64,000 nt of DNA from Alkalispirochaeta sp. (lineage in GTDB: Bacteria > Spirochaetota > Spirochaetia > DSM-27196 > Alkalispirochaetaceae): NCBI GenBank assembly GCA_965601925.1, contig OZ271854.1, positions 3,232,001 through 3,296,000 on the forward strand, written 5' to 3'. The position numbers and the translations under genes were made by a program. Under the pieces are notes generated by a model, which did not search any database, was not told the DNA's origin, and worked only from the letters and a program-made list of their open reading frames with translations. Every line of letters begins with the position of its first letter. Within the stretch, counting starts at the first letter, position 1. This document shows positions 51,323 to 62,219 of this stretch, one piece after another.

Positions 51323-51829
51323 ATGGATTTGGAAAACATACTGCTGCTCATCGAAAAATTTAACGAAAGCACACTTACGGAACTCGCTCTGAACCAAGAC
51401 GGAACGGAGTTGGTTTTAAAGCGCGTATCGGAGAGTAATCCGGTTTACACGCAGCCGATCATGGTGCATCCCCAGACGTTGCCCGTCGTGGCGTCCGGAG
51501 AGGTGGCCTCCCACGCGGCGAATCCCGATGCGTCTGCTCCTGTCGCCGGTGAAGCCGGTGCGCCCGCCGCCTCCGAGGAGCAATCGGGCGTCGAGATCAT
51601 CACCTCGCCGATCGTCGGCACCTTTTATCGCTCCCCGTCCCCCGATTCGCCGCCCTTTTGTCACGAGGGCGATGTGGTGGAGAAGGGTAAGCCCCTGTGC
51701 ATCCTCGAGGCCATGAAGGTAATGAACGAACTTGAGTCGGAGTTCTCGATGGAAATCGTCGCGTTTCGCGCCCACAACGGCGATATGGTCGAGTACGGCA
51801 CGCCGCTCATCGAGGTGCGTCGAGTATGA
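51323..51829 (+). CDS. accB: Acetyl-CoA carboxylase biotin carboxyl carrier protein
   Basis: [12 protein letters not shown] and the EAMKVMNE biotinylation motif; upstream TTGACT-N18-TAGCTT promoter. Confidence 0.96.
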   Translation: MDLENILLLIEKFNESTLTELALNQDGTELVLKRVSESNPVYTQPIMVHPQTLPVVASGEVASHAANPDASAPVAGEAGAPAASEEQSGVEIITSPIVGTFYRSPSPDSPPFCHEGDVVEKGKPLCILEAMKVMNELESEFSMEIVAFRAHNGDMVEYGTPLIEVRRV

Positions 51830-53151
51830 TCTCCTCCATCCTCGTCGCCAATCGGGGGGAGATCGCCGTACGGATCGTCCGTGCCTGTCGCGAGATGGGC
51901 ATTCGTAGTGTCGTCGCCTTCAGCGAGGCCGATCGTCACTCCCTTGCCGTACGCATGGCCGACAGCGCGGTGTGCATCGGACCGGCCGCCGCGACCGACA
52001 GCTACCTGAACATTCGTAACGTCGTCTCGGCGGCGGTACTATCCCACTGCGACGCCGTGCACCCGGGCGTCGGTTTCCTGAGCGAAAGTGCGCGCTTTGC
52101 TCGTGAGGTCGCCGAGGCGGGGCTGGTCTTCATCGGCCCTCCGGCCGAGACGATCGCGCTTTTGGGCGACAAGGTGCAGGCAAAACAGACCGCCGTGAAG
52201 CACGGTGTGCCGGTTATTCCCGGAAGCGCCGGCAGTATCGACGACGTCGACGCCGCATCCCGCGCGGCATCCGAGATCGGTTTCCCCGTCATCATCAAAG
52301 CGGCCGCCGGCGGCGGGGGCAAGGGCATGCGCATTTGTCACAAAGAAGAAGATCTCGCCGGGATTCTCCGCATCGCGTCGGCGGAGGCACAGAAATCGTT
52401 CTCCGACGGCACGGTCTATCTGGAAAAATATCTCACCAGTCCGCGCCACGTCGAACTTCAGGTGCTGGCCGATTCTCACGGCAACGTCGTTCACCTGGGT
52501 GAACGGGACTGTTCGGTTCAGGAGAACCACCAGAAGCTCGTCGAGGAGAGCCCGTCAACGGCGGTCGACGACGCATTACGTACGAAGATGGGTGACGACG
52601 CCATTCGCCTCTTCTCGGCGCTCGATTACGTCGGCGCCGGTACGATCGAGTTTCTCGTCGATGACGGAAAGTTCTACTTCATGGAGGTGAACGCTCGCGT
52701 CCAGGTGGAACATCCGGTTACCGAGATGGTGACCGGCGTGGATATCATCGCCGAGCAGATTCTCGCGGCCGCCGGGTCGCCGTTACGCACCCTGCAGGAC
52801 AATATCGACCTTAAGGGATACGCTATCGAGTGTCGCATCAATGCGAAGGCGCCGGGCACCGTCACGCACTACCATCCTCCGGGCGGGTATGGCGTGCGGG
52901 TCGATAGTTTTCTCCATGCCGGGACGACCGTTTCGCCGTTCTACGATTCGCTGGTCGCCAAGTTGATCGTACACGGGCGCGACCGCAGCGACGGGTTGGC
53001 GAGGATGGATCGCGCGCTATCGGAGTTCGAAATCGAGGGTATACCGACCAACATTCCGCGCCAGCGAGACATTATCAATAGCCGTGTATTTCACAGCGGA
53101 CGGTTCGGTACCGATGCGTTGGCATACATCGTGAAGGAGTTGGACCAATGA
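51826..53151 (+). CDS. accC: Biotin carboxylase
   Basis: [31 protein letters not shown] and [15 protein letters not shown] motifs. Confidence 0.96.
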   Translation: MISSILVANRGEIAVRIVRACREMGIRSVVAFSEADRHSLAVRMADSAVCIGPAAATDSYLNIRNVVSAAVLSHCDAVHPGVGFLSESARFAREVAEAGLVFIGPPAETIALLGDKVQAKQTAVKHGVPVIPGSAGSIDDVDAASRAASEIGFPVIIKAAAGGGGKGMRICHKEEDLAGILRIASAEAQKSFSDGTVYLEKYLTSPRHVELQVLADSHGNVVHLGERDCSVQENHQKLVEESPSTAVDDALRTKMGDDAIRLFSALDYVGAGTIEFLVDDGKFYFMEVNARVQVEHPVTEMVTGVDIIAEQILAAAGSPLRTLQDNIDLKGYAIECRINAKAPGTVTHYHPPGGYGVRVDSFLHAGTTVSPFYDSLVAKLIVHGRDRSDGLARMDRALSEFEIEGIPTNIPRQRDIINSRVFHSGRFGTDALAYIVKELDQ

Positions 53152-54029
53152 GTCCGAGACCGATTTTCCGGAGGATCATTCGATCGATTCTACCCAACCG
53201 GATGAACAATCCTCGGCGTGCCATGCGAACCGACGATCGGGGGTACGTGGTTGCCAAGCATAGTTGTCCCTCCTGTAGCAAACCGACCGAAGAGCGTCAG
53301 CTCGCACTCAACTTGTTCGTGTGTACTCACTGCGGATATCACTATCGGATTAGCGCTGTGGAGCGCATCAAGACGCTGCTCGACGGCGGCGAGCTCGGCG
53401 AGTTTTCATCCGATATACTGCCGACCAATCCGATCGATTTTCCCGACTACGGTCAGAAGGTGCGCGAGGCACAGGACAAGACGGGACTCGACGAGGCGGT
53501 CACGACCGGCGTCGGGCGGATCGAAGGGCGTCAGGCGGCCTTTGCGTTCATGTCCTTCAAGTTTATGGGAGGCAGTATGGGGTCGGTCGTCGGCGAGCGG
53601 ATCGCGCGCACGATCATGTATGCCGCCGATCGCGGGATGCCGTGCATCATCTTCACCGCCAGCGGCGGTGCGCGGATGCAGGAGGGCATTTTCAGCCTGA
53701 TGCAGATGGCGAAGACGAGCCACGCCGCCGCGATGCTCGCCGAGGCGGGGTGTCCGCTCTTCGTCGTGCTTACCGATCCCACTACCGGGGGCGTGACCGC
53801 GTCGTTCTCGATGCTCGGGGACGTAACACTCGCCGAGCCGGGTGCGTTGATCGGCTTTGCCGGACCGCGAGTGATCGAGGGCACTATTCGACAGAAATTG
53901 CCGGCGGGATTCCAGCGCGCCGAGTTCCAGCAGGACAAGGGTTTTGTGGACGTCGTCGTGCCGCGTAGCGAGCTTCGCAGCACCTTGGTCTACCTGATCG
54001 ACACCCACGCCGGAGGGACTACAGCATGA
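53148..54029 (+). CDS. accD: Acetyl-CoA carboxylase carboxyltransferase beta
   Basis: CxxC...CxxC zinc finger, FMGGSMGSVVGE, SGGARMQEG and IGFAGPRVI motifs. Confidence 0.96.
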   Translation: MSPRPIFRRIIRSILPNRMNNPRRAMRTDDRGYVVAKHSCPSCSKPTEERQLALNLFVCTHCGYHYRISAVERIKTLLDGGELGEFSSDILPTNPIDFPDYGQKVREAQDKTGLDEAVTTGVGRIEGRQAAFAFMSFKFMGGSMGSVVGERIARTIMYAADRGMPCIIFTASGGARMQEGIFSLMQMAKTSHAAAMLAEAGCPLFVVLTDPTTGGVTASFSMLGDVTLAEPGALIGFAGPRVIEGTIRQKLPAGFQRAEFQQDKGFVDVVVPRSELRSTLVYLIDTHAGGTTA

Positions 54030-54997
54030 AGTCCGACGAACTACGGAACAAACTTCAGGAGCTCCAGGAGTTGGCGCTCCGTGAGAATATCGATATTAAC
54101 GCCGACATAGACCGTTTGGCGGAGAAGCTCACCGGTGAAGACGATACGGCATGGCGGCGCGTCGAGTTGGCGCGTCACCAGGATCGACCGACGACGCTCA
54201 AGTATCTCCGTCTTATGAGCGAACGGTTTGTCGAGTTGCACGGAGACCGCGCATTCGGTGACGATCCCGCGCTCGTAGGGGGGATCGCGACGATCGGCGG
54301 TGTACATTTCACCGTGTTGGGGCACCAAAAGGGCCACAACATGAAGGAGAATCTTCGCCGTAACTACGGCATGGCCCACCCCGAGGGCTATCGCAAAGCG
54401 TTGCGGTTGGCTCAGCAGGCGGAGCGCTTTCGCCGACCGATCCTCACCCTCATCGACACGCCGGGAGCCTTTCCCGGACTCGCCTCCGAGGAGCGGGGAA
54501 TCGGTGAGGCGATCGCACGCAATCTCAGGGAGTTTTCCGTGCTGAGAACGCCCATTATCTGCGTGATCATCGGCGAGGGAGGCTCCGGCGGCGCGCTGGG
54601 AATCGGTGTAGGCGACCGCGTATACATGCTCGAGAACGCGGTATACTCGGTTATCTCTCCCGAGGGGTTCGCCTCAATCCTCCTTCGCGACGCGAAGTTA
54701 GCGCAGCAGGCGGCGGGGCTGATGAAGATGACCGCGCCCGATCTCAAACGGTTCGATGTGGTCGACGACATCATTACCGAACCGACCGGCGGCGCTCACC
54801 AGGACCACGAACACATAGCGGGTCGTGTTCGCCAGACCGTGCTCACCACCTATCAGCAGCTGGCGCGGAAGAAGCCCGAACAACTGCTCAAGGAGCGTAG
54901 CGAACGCATACTCTCCCTCGGGCGCTTCGTGGATCAGTCTCAACACACCTCCCAACGACTGTTGGCGCGCCTCTTTTCGCCCAAATCGTCGCGATAG
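54026..54997 (+). CDS. accA: Acetyl-CoA carboxylase carboxyltransferase alpha
   Basis: ELHGDR.F.DD, PEGYRKA.R, GEGGSGGAL and YSVISPEG motifs. Confidence 0.96.
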   Translation: MKSDELRNKLQELQELALRENIDINADIDRLAEKLTGEDDTAWRRVELARHQDRPTTLKYLRLMSERFVELHGDRAFGDDPALVGGIATIGGVHFTVLGHQKGHNMKENLRRNYGMAHPEGYRKALRLAQQAERFRRPILTLIDTPGAFPGLASEERGIGEAIARNLREFSVLRTPIICVIIGEGGSGGALGIGVGDRVYMLENAVYSVISPEGFASILLRDAKLAQQAAGLMKMTAPDLKRFDVVDDIITEPTGGAHQDHEHIAGRVRQTVLTTYQQLARKKPEQLLKERSERILSLGRFVDQSQHTSQRLLARLFSPKSSR

Positions 54998-55025
54998 TTG
55001 CGACGACTTGCGGTACGCTCCGGTA

Positions 55026-55970
55026 TCAGATTCCCTGAAACCGGAGCCATCCCGCCACGAGTGTGGCGATATCGATCGTGCCGGCAAACCCGGCGACACC
55101 GATGATGAGAAAGGCGACGCAAAAAATCGCCCCCGCCGGACCGACGATCGGTCGCTTGCGGCGTAAGAGTCCGACCGTCGGCGGAAGAATCGCCCATACG
55201 ACGCTTATGCTTCCGAATACGATGCGTGAGCGTGCGGGATTGGCCGTCGCCCAGCGCTCGAGCCGAAACCCGCCGGCGAGGAGTGCGCCGTTTATCTGCT
55301 GAAATCGTCCGACCATGATAAGAATCCCGACGCCGACAAGAAAGAGACCGCTCACCGTTTTGACGACGCGCATATGCGGCCGAAGTTTCCCGAGCAGTCG
55401 CGAGGCGCGGGAAAACGCGACGCCGGTCACGATGAAGGGGAGGCCGAGTCCCAACGAGTACACCGCCAAGAGGAGCGCCGCCCGGGAAATCTGACCCTGT
55501 GTTCCGGCGAGAAACAGGATCGACGCCAAAATCGGCCCGATGCAAGGACTCCAACCGGCACCGAAGGCCATTCCGACGGCTGTCGCACCCAGCCCGTCGA
55601 CGGGGCGCGAGGAGAGGTGAATTCGTCGCTCTACGTTGAGTACGGCTACCAGATCGAACATGACGTTGATCCCCAACAAGATGACCGCGAGCCCCGCGCC
55701 GAAGTTGATCCACCGCACGGCGCCGCCGAACAGAACCATGGGACCGGAGAAGATAATGCCCAGGAGGACGAAGACGATCGTGAATCCGAGCACGAAAAAG
55801 AGAGTGCGAGAGAGAATGCGACGTCGGGACGCTGCGGCGTTGTGGAGTTCGTCAAAGCTTGCGCCGCTCACGAAGGAGAGGTAACTCGGAATCAGGGGTA
55901 CGACGCACGGTGACAGGAACGACAGTAATCCCGCGACGAAAGCGATGAAGATGTTCAGGTTTGCGCCCAT
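55026..55970 (-). CDS. ccdA: Cytochrome c biogenesis CcdA family disulfide transporter with extra C-terminal TM segments
   Basis: AGLLSFLSPCVVPLIP, WSPCIGPIL and YSLGLGLPF motifs. Confidence 0.9.
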   Translation of the reverse strand: MGANLNIFIAFVAGLLSFLSPCVVPLIPSYLSFVSGASFDELHNAAASRRRILSRTLFFVLGFTIVFVLLGIIFSGPMVLFGGAVRWINFGAGLAVILLGINVMFDLVAVLNVERRIHLSSRPVDGLGATAVGMAFGAGWSPCIGPILASILFLAGTQGQISRAALLLAVYSLGLGLPFIVTGVAFSRASRLLGKLRPHMRVVKTVSGLFLVGVGILIMVGRFQQINGALLAGGFRLERWATANPARSRIVFGSISVVWAILPPTVGLLRRKRPIVGPAGAIFCVAFLIIGVAGFAGTIDIATLVAGWLRFQGI

Positions 55971-55979
55971 ACCGGTACC

Positions 55980-56600
55980 TCAGTATGCGCGTGCGGTCAC
56001 CGATGCGATTTGGCGCATCGCCTCTACCAGATCCGGCTCGTCCCAGTGGCGTATCCCGACCAAAATGCCGAGTACCGTGCCCGATGGAGAGATGAAGTAG
56101 GAGGTCGGAAGGCCGCGCACGCCGTAGTTCGTCGCGACGCGTCCCGACGAGTCGAGGAGCACGGGAAATCGAAAATCGTTCTCCTCGATGAACTGTCGCA
56201 CGACGCTTGAGTTCTCCTGGAGGTTGACCGCGATTATGCGAAACGGTTCGTCGGCAAGCTCCGAACGAAGATACTCCATCGACGGCATCTCTTCGCGACA
56301 CGGCGGACACCACGTAGCCCAGAAGTTGAGAAAGACGAACTCGCCGCGATAATCGCTCAGGCGCCGCGTCTCACCATCGAGTGCCGGCGCCGAAAAGTCC
56401 ACCGCCGCGATGTTCCCTTCGAAAGTACGGATTCCGATTCCGTCCAGAAGCTCCTTCAACTGCGCATCGATGTCGTTCGACGTCGGACGTATGACGTCGG
56501 TCGTGGCCGACTGTGTCTCTCGACTTCCCACCGCCGGGAGTACCGCCACCCGGACCAACGCGATGAATATGGTAAACAGAAGCGCGCCCGTCTTCCTCAT
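55980..56600 (-). CDS. TlpA/ResA family thiol-disulfide oxidoreductase
   Basis: LNFWATWCPPCREEMP and GLPTS motifs; signal peptide from ATG 56600. Confidence 0.93.
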   Translation of the reverse strand: MRKTGALLFTIFIALVRVAVLPAVGSRETQSATTDVIRPTSNDIDAQLKELLDGIGIRTFEGNIAAVDFSAPALDGETRRLSDYRGEFVFLNFWATWCPPCREEMPSMEYLRSELADEPFRIIAVNLQENSSVVRQFIEENDFRFPVLLDSSGRVATNYGVRGLPTSYFISPSGTVLGILVGIRHWDEPDLVEAMRQIASVTARAY

Positions 56601-56620
56601 GGTATGTTCCCCTCGCGGCC

Positions 56621-57328
56621 TCACGCCGCCGATATCACCAGCGCGGTTATATTGTACAGCGTGTGGCCGACGGCAAAGGCGTGGAGGTGGGGTCTGCGAT
56701 ACCACATCAACCCCAAGATCAAGCCCGCGACGAAGGCAAAGAACAACGCAACCACTCCCTGGTATCCGTGTCCCGCGCTGAATAGAAGCGCCGAAAGTAC
56801 CACCGTCTTCGATTCGGCAAGGCCCAGTTGCCGAAACCGAAAGATCAGGTATGTTCTAAAGAATAATTCCTCAACGTACCCGACGGTCAAGAGTGTAACT
56901 ACAAGAATCGGTATCCACAGCACATAAGGGTAGCGATTATCGAGGATATGGAGTATTGTTCCCACCTCTTCGCGACTCGCGCCGTCTACAACACCGACGC
57001 GCTCTGCGATAAACGCAACGATAAGTGATATCATCAAGAGTGTCGTCCACACAACGACCGCGGTTCCGACCGTACCGACAGGTGTTTTCGGTCGACACGC
57101 TCCGTGCATTGCAAACGTGCGTTCCTCTTCTATGTCCAAAAGGTACTGGACGAGGAGAAAAAACGCGCCGTTTCGCAGCGCGAGAGCCAACAGGGGGCGA
57201 AGATGGCCGGCAAACTCGACCAGTGAGGCCGGCGCGGTTGCTCCGGGAATGACGAAGAGGGCGAAAAGAACGGCTATCTCCCGCATTTTGCGGGAATGGA
57301 AGGCCGCGCGGGGTGTGAAGAACCGCAT
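56621..57328 (-). CDS. CPBP (Abi/CAAX-like) intramembrane glutamic endopeptidase
   Basis: EELFFR, F.AGH.YQG and H.LYN motifs. Confidence 0.9.
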   Translation of the reverse strand: MRFFTPRAAFHSRKMREIAVLFALFVIPGATAPASLVEFAGHLRPLLALALRNGAFFLLVQYLLDIEEERTFAMHGACRPKTPVGTVGTAVVVWTTLLMISLIVAFIAERVGVVDGASREEVGTILHILDNRYPYVLWIPILVVTLLTVGYVEELFFRTYLIFRFRQLGLAESKTVVLSALLFSAGHGYQGVVALFFAFVAGLILGLMWYRRPHLHAFAVGHTLYNITALVISAA

Positions 57329-57426
57329 GAGCGCGATAGTGCCACGGCGCTTCCGTGGCTGTCCATGCAATTCTTTGCCGACCCCGACGAATTTAGTCGA
57401 TATTAATAGAGTAGGAGAAAAAAGTT

Positions 57427-58560
57427 TTGGCAATCACTATTCTTGTCGTAGCGTTTCTACTGGTTGTAACTACGTTTTTTTTCGTCCAACGCGCCGGCGG
57501 CCTCCGCTTTCCGTGGATTCAGTTCTATATTCGCGGAAAAGAGTCCGGTTTCCGTTTCGGAGAGGTCAACCTTCTCCGGAGAGCCGCCGTCGATAACAAT
57601 CTCAAGAATCCAACGTCGCTTTTTTGGAGTGTGAAGGCGCTCGATCGGTGCATTCGATCGGCGATCGTCAGGTTCCGCGCCGCCGGAAGCGAGAACGAGC
57701 CCCGACATATGGAGTTTCTCAACAAGCTCTTCGACTTTCGCCGCCGCGTCGAATTCGATCAGCCGAAGTATCGACTCGGGCTCACCTCTACGCGCGGCGC
57801 CGATCCGGGGCAAACCTTCAAGCTCACCCTGGCGGGCGGCGGCGTGTATATATCCAAATTGATCGAGAACAACCGGCGCTATATGGCGATTACGTATCCC
57901 CGCGGTAATCCGCTGCCGGCCGGTTTCTCGTGGAGAAATCAGGATATCAAGGCGTATTTTTGGCGGCCCGAGGACGCGGGATACTACTTCGAGAGCAAAG
58001 TCGTGGGAGACTATCTCGATCGCAAGGTTCCGATTCTGCATATCGCCCACGCCGACGGGTTGGTGCGCGCTCAGAAACGGCGCTCGGTACGCCGTGAGGT
58101 CGGCTCACCGGCGCATCTGTTTCCCTTACGGGCCTTGGCGGACGCGAACGAATCGATCGAGACGCGTGGCGGATATCGGTGCAAACTCGTCGATATCTCC
58201 GAAGACGGCGCGGCGCTGGTGGTAGGCGGACGCGCGAAGGCGGGGCTGCCGATCAAGATTCAGGCCGAGGTCGAAGATGAGACGGTCGTGCTGTGCGGCA
58301 TCATCAAGTCCGCCAACTTCAAACAGAAAAATCGTGCCAGCGTGCTACACATCCAGGCCGAGCGCCCTTCCCAGGCGATGCGGGTGAGGATTCTTTCGTA
58401 TGTGTACCAACTCTTCGACGCCGGAGAGACGCGCACCGAGCTCACAGGAGCGCGGAAAGGACCTCCCGCTCCAAACGCGAAGTCCAATTCGCAACAAGCT
58501 TCTACTCCAAGGCAGCGGGCCGCCGCCGCCGCGAGCGCCCAAGAGCGGAAACAGGATTGA
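57427..58560 (+). CDS. Membrane-anchored PilZ-domain (c-di-GMP-binding, flagellar-brake-like) protein
   Basis: N-terminal TM helix; QKRRSVR (RxxxR) and DISEDG (DxSxxG) motifs; TTG start behind AGGAG. Confidence 0.85.
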   Translation: MAITILVVAFLLVVTTFFFVQRAGGLRFPWIQFYIRGKESGFRFGEVNLLRRAAVDNNLKNPTSLFWSVKALDRCIRSAIVRFRAAGSENEPRHMEFLNKLFDFRRRVEFDQPKYRLGLTSTRGADPGQTFKLTLAGGGVYISKLIENNRRYMAITYPRGNPLPAGFSWRNQDIKAYFWRPEDAGYYFESKVVGDYLDRKVPILHIAHADGLVRAQKRRSVRREVGSPAHLFPLRALADANESIETRGGYRCKLVDISEDGAALVVGGRAKAGLPIKIQAEVEDETVVLCGIIKSANFKQKNRASVLHIQAERPSQAMRVRILSYVYQLFDAGETRTELTGARKGPPAPNAKSNSQQASTPRQRAAAAASAQERKQD

Positions 58561-58599
58561 TTCGTTGATACCTCCCGTACTTTCGGCTACTATAGTGGC

Positions 58600-59781
58600 A
58601 TGCGACGGCTCACGACAGTCTTTTTGGTTATCAGCGCTATTGTCGCCCCTCTGGCGGCGCAGCAGGATCGGCTCGAGACATTTCAGGCGAGTTTCGCCTC
58701 GTCCAACCTTCAGACCAAGCTCGAGATTCTGCGAGCCGCCGACGACGACGATCCGGCAACGTTCGGTCCCCTGTACGGGCAGGCGCTCAGCTTTGCGGTA
58801 AGCAACGCGGATAGCCTATCCTCGGAACCTCTCTTGCGCGAAATCGCACTCGTTGCGGTCAATCGTATCGCCGCGGGACGATACGAGTCGGCGGTCAACG
58901 ATCTTTGGCGGCTGTTCCGTTCTTACGAGGAGACGACGGGACGCATTCAAATACTGAACGTTCTCGGCGACCTCGCAAGCGCCAACGAACAGACGATCGA
59001 TTTCATGAATGCGTGGGTCGATACGCAAAACAATCTCACCATTGCCGGTACGCGCGTGGATTTTCAAGTCCTTACCGCGGCGGTGGAGTCACTCGGGCGG
59101 ATCGGTTCGGCAAGCTCCTTCGAAGCGGTTCTGGATGTGATTCTCGTCCAATATCCCGATTTCGTCACCGAGACTGCTCTTACCAGTCTGGGCAGTCTCG
59201 ACGGCGAGCCGTTGGAACTCGCCACAGACGTGATTATCAGTAAGAGCGTATCGGAAAAGCGAGCACCGTTTCTCTTTCTTATGGAGAGCGACTTTCTTCA
59301 GGACGCCGACAAGCTTGAGCTCGCCCGCAGAACGCTGGCCAACGCGCTCCTGCTCAGACCGCAAGAGTTGGTAGAGCAGGAGGAGGCGCGTCAGGTGCGC
59401 TTTGCAGCCGCGGATGTCCTCCGTGCCGGCGAATATGCGGAGGCGGCCGGCGAGGTCATTCGCCACTTCAACGAGACCGTGCTCGAGTATGATCGCGATC
59501 GAATCCCGAAGAGTCGATTGCTGGAAGCGATCGCGACGCTCGGCGCCATGGGTACACCCGAGGCGGCGACGCGCCTCACCGACTACCTGGAGCTGCTCAA
59601 CACGTTTACGGAGATCGATCGCCCCTACGACACGCAAGTCTTGCTGGCGGTGATTACGAATCTCGCCATTCTCGATTCGCCCGGTTCGTACAACGCGCTC
59701 TTTTTCACGACGCTCTTGGAAAACTATCCGCGACGAGTCCGCGACGCCGCTCGCGAAGCGATGGAGTCGGTGTCGCAGTAA
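58600..59781 (+). CDS. Exported HEAT-repeat-like protein
   Basis: Signal peptide ending PLA-A; helical repeats such as AAVESLGRIG and EAIATLGAMG. Confidence 0.75.
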   Translation: MRRLTTVFLVISAIVAPLAAQQDRLETFQASFASSNLQTKLEILRAADDDDPATFGPLYGQALSFAVSNADSLSSEPLLREIALVAVNRIAAGRYESAVNDLWRLFRSYEETTGRIQILNVLGDLASANEQTIDFMNAWVDTQNNLTIAGTRVDFQVLTAAVESLGRIGSASSFEAVLDVILVQYPDFVTETALTSLGSLDGEPLELATDVIISKSVSEKRAPFLFLMESDFLQDADKLELARRTLANALLLRPQELVEQEEARQVRFAAADVLRAGEYAEAAGEVIRHFNETVLEYDRDRIPKSRLLEAIATLGAMGTPEAATRLTDYLELLNTFTEIDRPYDTQVLLAVITNLAILDSPGSYNALFFTTLLENYPRRVRDAAREAMESVSQ

Positions 59782-59790
59782 TAGCGGTAT

Positions 59791-61302
59791 GTGAACGCAT
59801 CATCGCGTAATGCCCTACTGACCTCGCCCTCTTTCGTTGCGGCGGCGGTGCTTGTCGTGGCAACGCTGGAAGGTTTCGATATTCCGGCGCCGGTAACGTG
59901 GTTCTTGGGAGTCGCAACGCTCGCCGCGGTGCCGTGGGTACGCACCGCGGCGCAACGTCGCCTCGCCGCCGGCGTCGCTTTGGGTCTTATTCTGACCGTG
60001 TCCGTTGAGATACGTACCGCGGATGGGGAGCGCGAACCGCTCGGAGCGCTCCCATGGCGCGACGTTGCATCCGTTCGCGGGCGGGTGGTCGCCGATTTGC
60101 GTCCGAGCGGCGATACCCATCGCCGTCTCGATATTACGCTCGATTCGGTGGAAAACTCCGTCGGGTGGCAGGGGAGTGCCGAAGGAGTCGTTACGCTCCT
60201 GTGGAGCGGCGAAGAGCACGTCGCGCTGCAGGACTCATCCTCGAGCGTCGTCCCGGTGCGGGGAGATACCATTATCGCTTATGACGTGCGTTCCTCCGGA
60301 GGGCGCATGATACGGGTCGACCCTCGGCAGTTGCGTTGCGTTCGCGCCGGCGGCGCGGCCGAGATACGACGTGAGGCGCGAGGGGAGGTGCGGCGACGCC
60401 TTGCACGGTTGGAGCCTACCGCACGAGCGCTGGTGACGGCGCTCCTTTTGGGCACCCGGGCGGACATGACGACGGACCTCGTCGATGCGGTACGACGGGC
60501 CGGAGCGTCACACGTCATCGCATTGAGCGGGATGCATTTAGGCGTGTTGGCCCTTCTCGTTTCCCGCGTCTTCCGACTCCTCGGTAATCGTTATGCGTCG
60601 ATGATGTTAGTTACCGTGACGCTCGGCGCCTATGTGTGGATTGCCGGCTGGATACCGTCTCTCGTTCGAGCACTTATTCTCGCGCTTGTCGCCGTGTTCG
60701 CACGCGTTCGCGATCGCGAGGTTCCGCCGCTGGTGCTTCTCGCCCGATGCGTACTCTGTGTATCGATCGTCGCCCCGTCGATGGTCACCGACTTGGGATT
60801 TCGTCTCTCGATATGCGCGCTTGTGGGTCTTTTGACGGCGTCCGGTCGTATTTCGGACGGGCTGACCGAGATCCTGCCGCGCCGCGTCGCCGTGTACCTC
60901 GGCACGACGATTTCGGCTATGTTATGTACCGCGCCGCTCACGCTCGCCGTATTCGGCACCGTGTATCCAGTCGGCATCGTTTCGGCCGGTATTCTGTCGC
61001 TGGTCGTCGTGGTCACCATGTGGCTCGGGATCGCGTTTCTGCTGGCGGCGCAGCTTCCGATCGCGGGGTCGGCGGTGGCGCTCGTTGTCGAAGCCAACAC
61101 GGCGCTCTTTCTGCGTCTGGTGCACCTCGCCGCGCTTGCGCCCGCGGTAGATACGGCGCACGTTGGAGGACGGCGAAGCGTGGTGATTCTTTGCGGGACG
61201 GTGATTCTGACTATCGTCGTCATTCGAGTGAAGCGGGCGCGGCGGCTGGCATATTTCGGTAACACGTACGGAGGAGAGAGTGAACCACAACTCGGTTTCT
61301 GA
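59791..61302 (+). CDS. comEC: ComEC/Rec2 family competence membrane protein (no beta-lactamase-like domain)
   Basis: ALLLG, G.SHVIALSGMH, PS.VRA and D.GF.LS motifs. Confidence 0.85.
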   Translation: MNASSRNALLTSPSFVAAAVLVVATLEGFDIPAPVTWFLGVATLAAVPWVRTAAQRRLAAGVALGLILTVSVEIRTADGEREPLGALPWRDVASVRGRVVADLRPSGDTHRRLDITLDSVENSVGWQGSAEGVVTLLWSGEEHVALQDSSSSVVPVRGDTIIAYDVRSSGGRMIRVDPRQLRCVRAGGAAEIRREARGEVRRRLARLEPTARALVTALLLGTRADMTTDLVDAVRRAGASHVIALSGMHLGVLALLVSRVFRLLGNRYASMMLVTVTLGAYVWIAGWIPSLVRALILALVAVFARVRDREVPPLVLLARCVLCVSIVAPSMVTDLGFRLSICALVGLLTASGRISDGLTEILPRRVAVYLGTTISAMLCTAPLTLAVFGTVYPVGIVSAGILSLVVVVTMWLGIAFLLAAQLPIAGSAVALVVEANTALFLRLVHLAALAPAVDTAHVGGRRSVVILCGTVILTIVVIRVKRARRLAYFGNTYGGESEPQLGF

Positions 61303-62194
61303 GATTCGAGATCTTCTCAGCCGGCGCGGTATCGCACTCAAGAAACGATTCGGACAGAACTTTCTCATCGACGAGTCGTTTCGGTCCCGCATCGCCGCGG
61401 CGATCGCGGACGCCGCAGACGGCGTACCAGCCGCATCGCGACGTGAGTTGTGGGAGATCGGTCCCGGTTTGGGATCGCTCACCGAACGGCTGATGACGCT
61501 TCCGTTTTCCTTGCGATTATTTGAGATCGATCGAGGCATCATCGATATCCTGCGGTCGCGATTCGGCGATGCAGTTCCGATCGAGGAGGGCGATTTTCTG
61601 GATTCCTTGGAGCGATGGGTTTCCGTAAACGTGCAAGCTTCCAAAGACGGAACGGCTGTGGGCGGGGAGGCGGCGCGATCGTTCCGCGAAGACGCCGTTC
61701 CCGTTGCGATCGTCGGAAATCTTCCCTATCACAGCGCGAGCGCCATGATCGCCCGTATCGTGGAGGCGGCCGTACCCGTACCGGCGATGGTCTTTTTGGT
61801 ACAGACCGAACTCGCCCAACGCCTCGGCGCCGAGGTGGGACGAAAAGACTATAGTGCGCTCTCCGTGCTCGTGCAGAATCACTTCCGTATTCGACGTGTT
61901 ATGGACGTGCCGCCCACGGCGTTTTGGCCTCGACCCCACGTCGGTTCCACGGTGATACTGCTGTCGGAGCGTACGGACCGCCCTAACGCCGCCGACACGG
62001 TGATCCTGTCGCGGATCGCGCGGCGCGCCTTCGCCCAACGGCGAAAGACGCTCCGTAACACCCTGCAGCCCTTGGTGCCGCTGTTGGATCGTCTCGGTAT
62101 CGACCCGGGGTTGCGCGCCGAACGCCTCTCCCCCGAACAGTACCTCGCGCTCGCCCGGGAGCCCGACGAGTCGTCGCCCGTCACCGGCGACTGA
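61280..62194 (+). CDS. rsmA: 16S rRNA adenine dimethyltransferase RsmA/KsgA
   Basis: KKRFGQNFL, EIGPG.GSLT, GNLPY, F.P.P.V.S and F.QRRKTL.N motifs. Confidence 0.95.
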   Translation: MNHNSVSEIRDLLSRRGIALKKRFGQNFLIDESFRSRIAAAIADAADGVPAASRRELWEIGPGLGSLTERLMTLPFSLRLFEIDRGIIDILRSRFGDAVPIEEGDFLDSLERWVSVNVQASKDGTAVGGEAARSFREDAVPVAIVGNLPYHSASAMIARIVEAAVPVPAMVFLVQTELAQRLGAEVGRKDYSALSVLVQNHFRIRRVMDVPPTAFWPRPHVGSTVILLSERTDRPNAADTVILSRIARRAFAQRRKTLRNTLQPLVPLLDRLGIDPGLRAERLSPEQYLALAREPDESSPVTGD

Positions 62195-62219
62195 TAACGG
62201 ACCCGTGTGAAGCCTCCTC

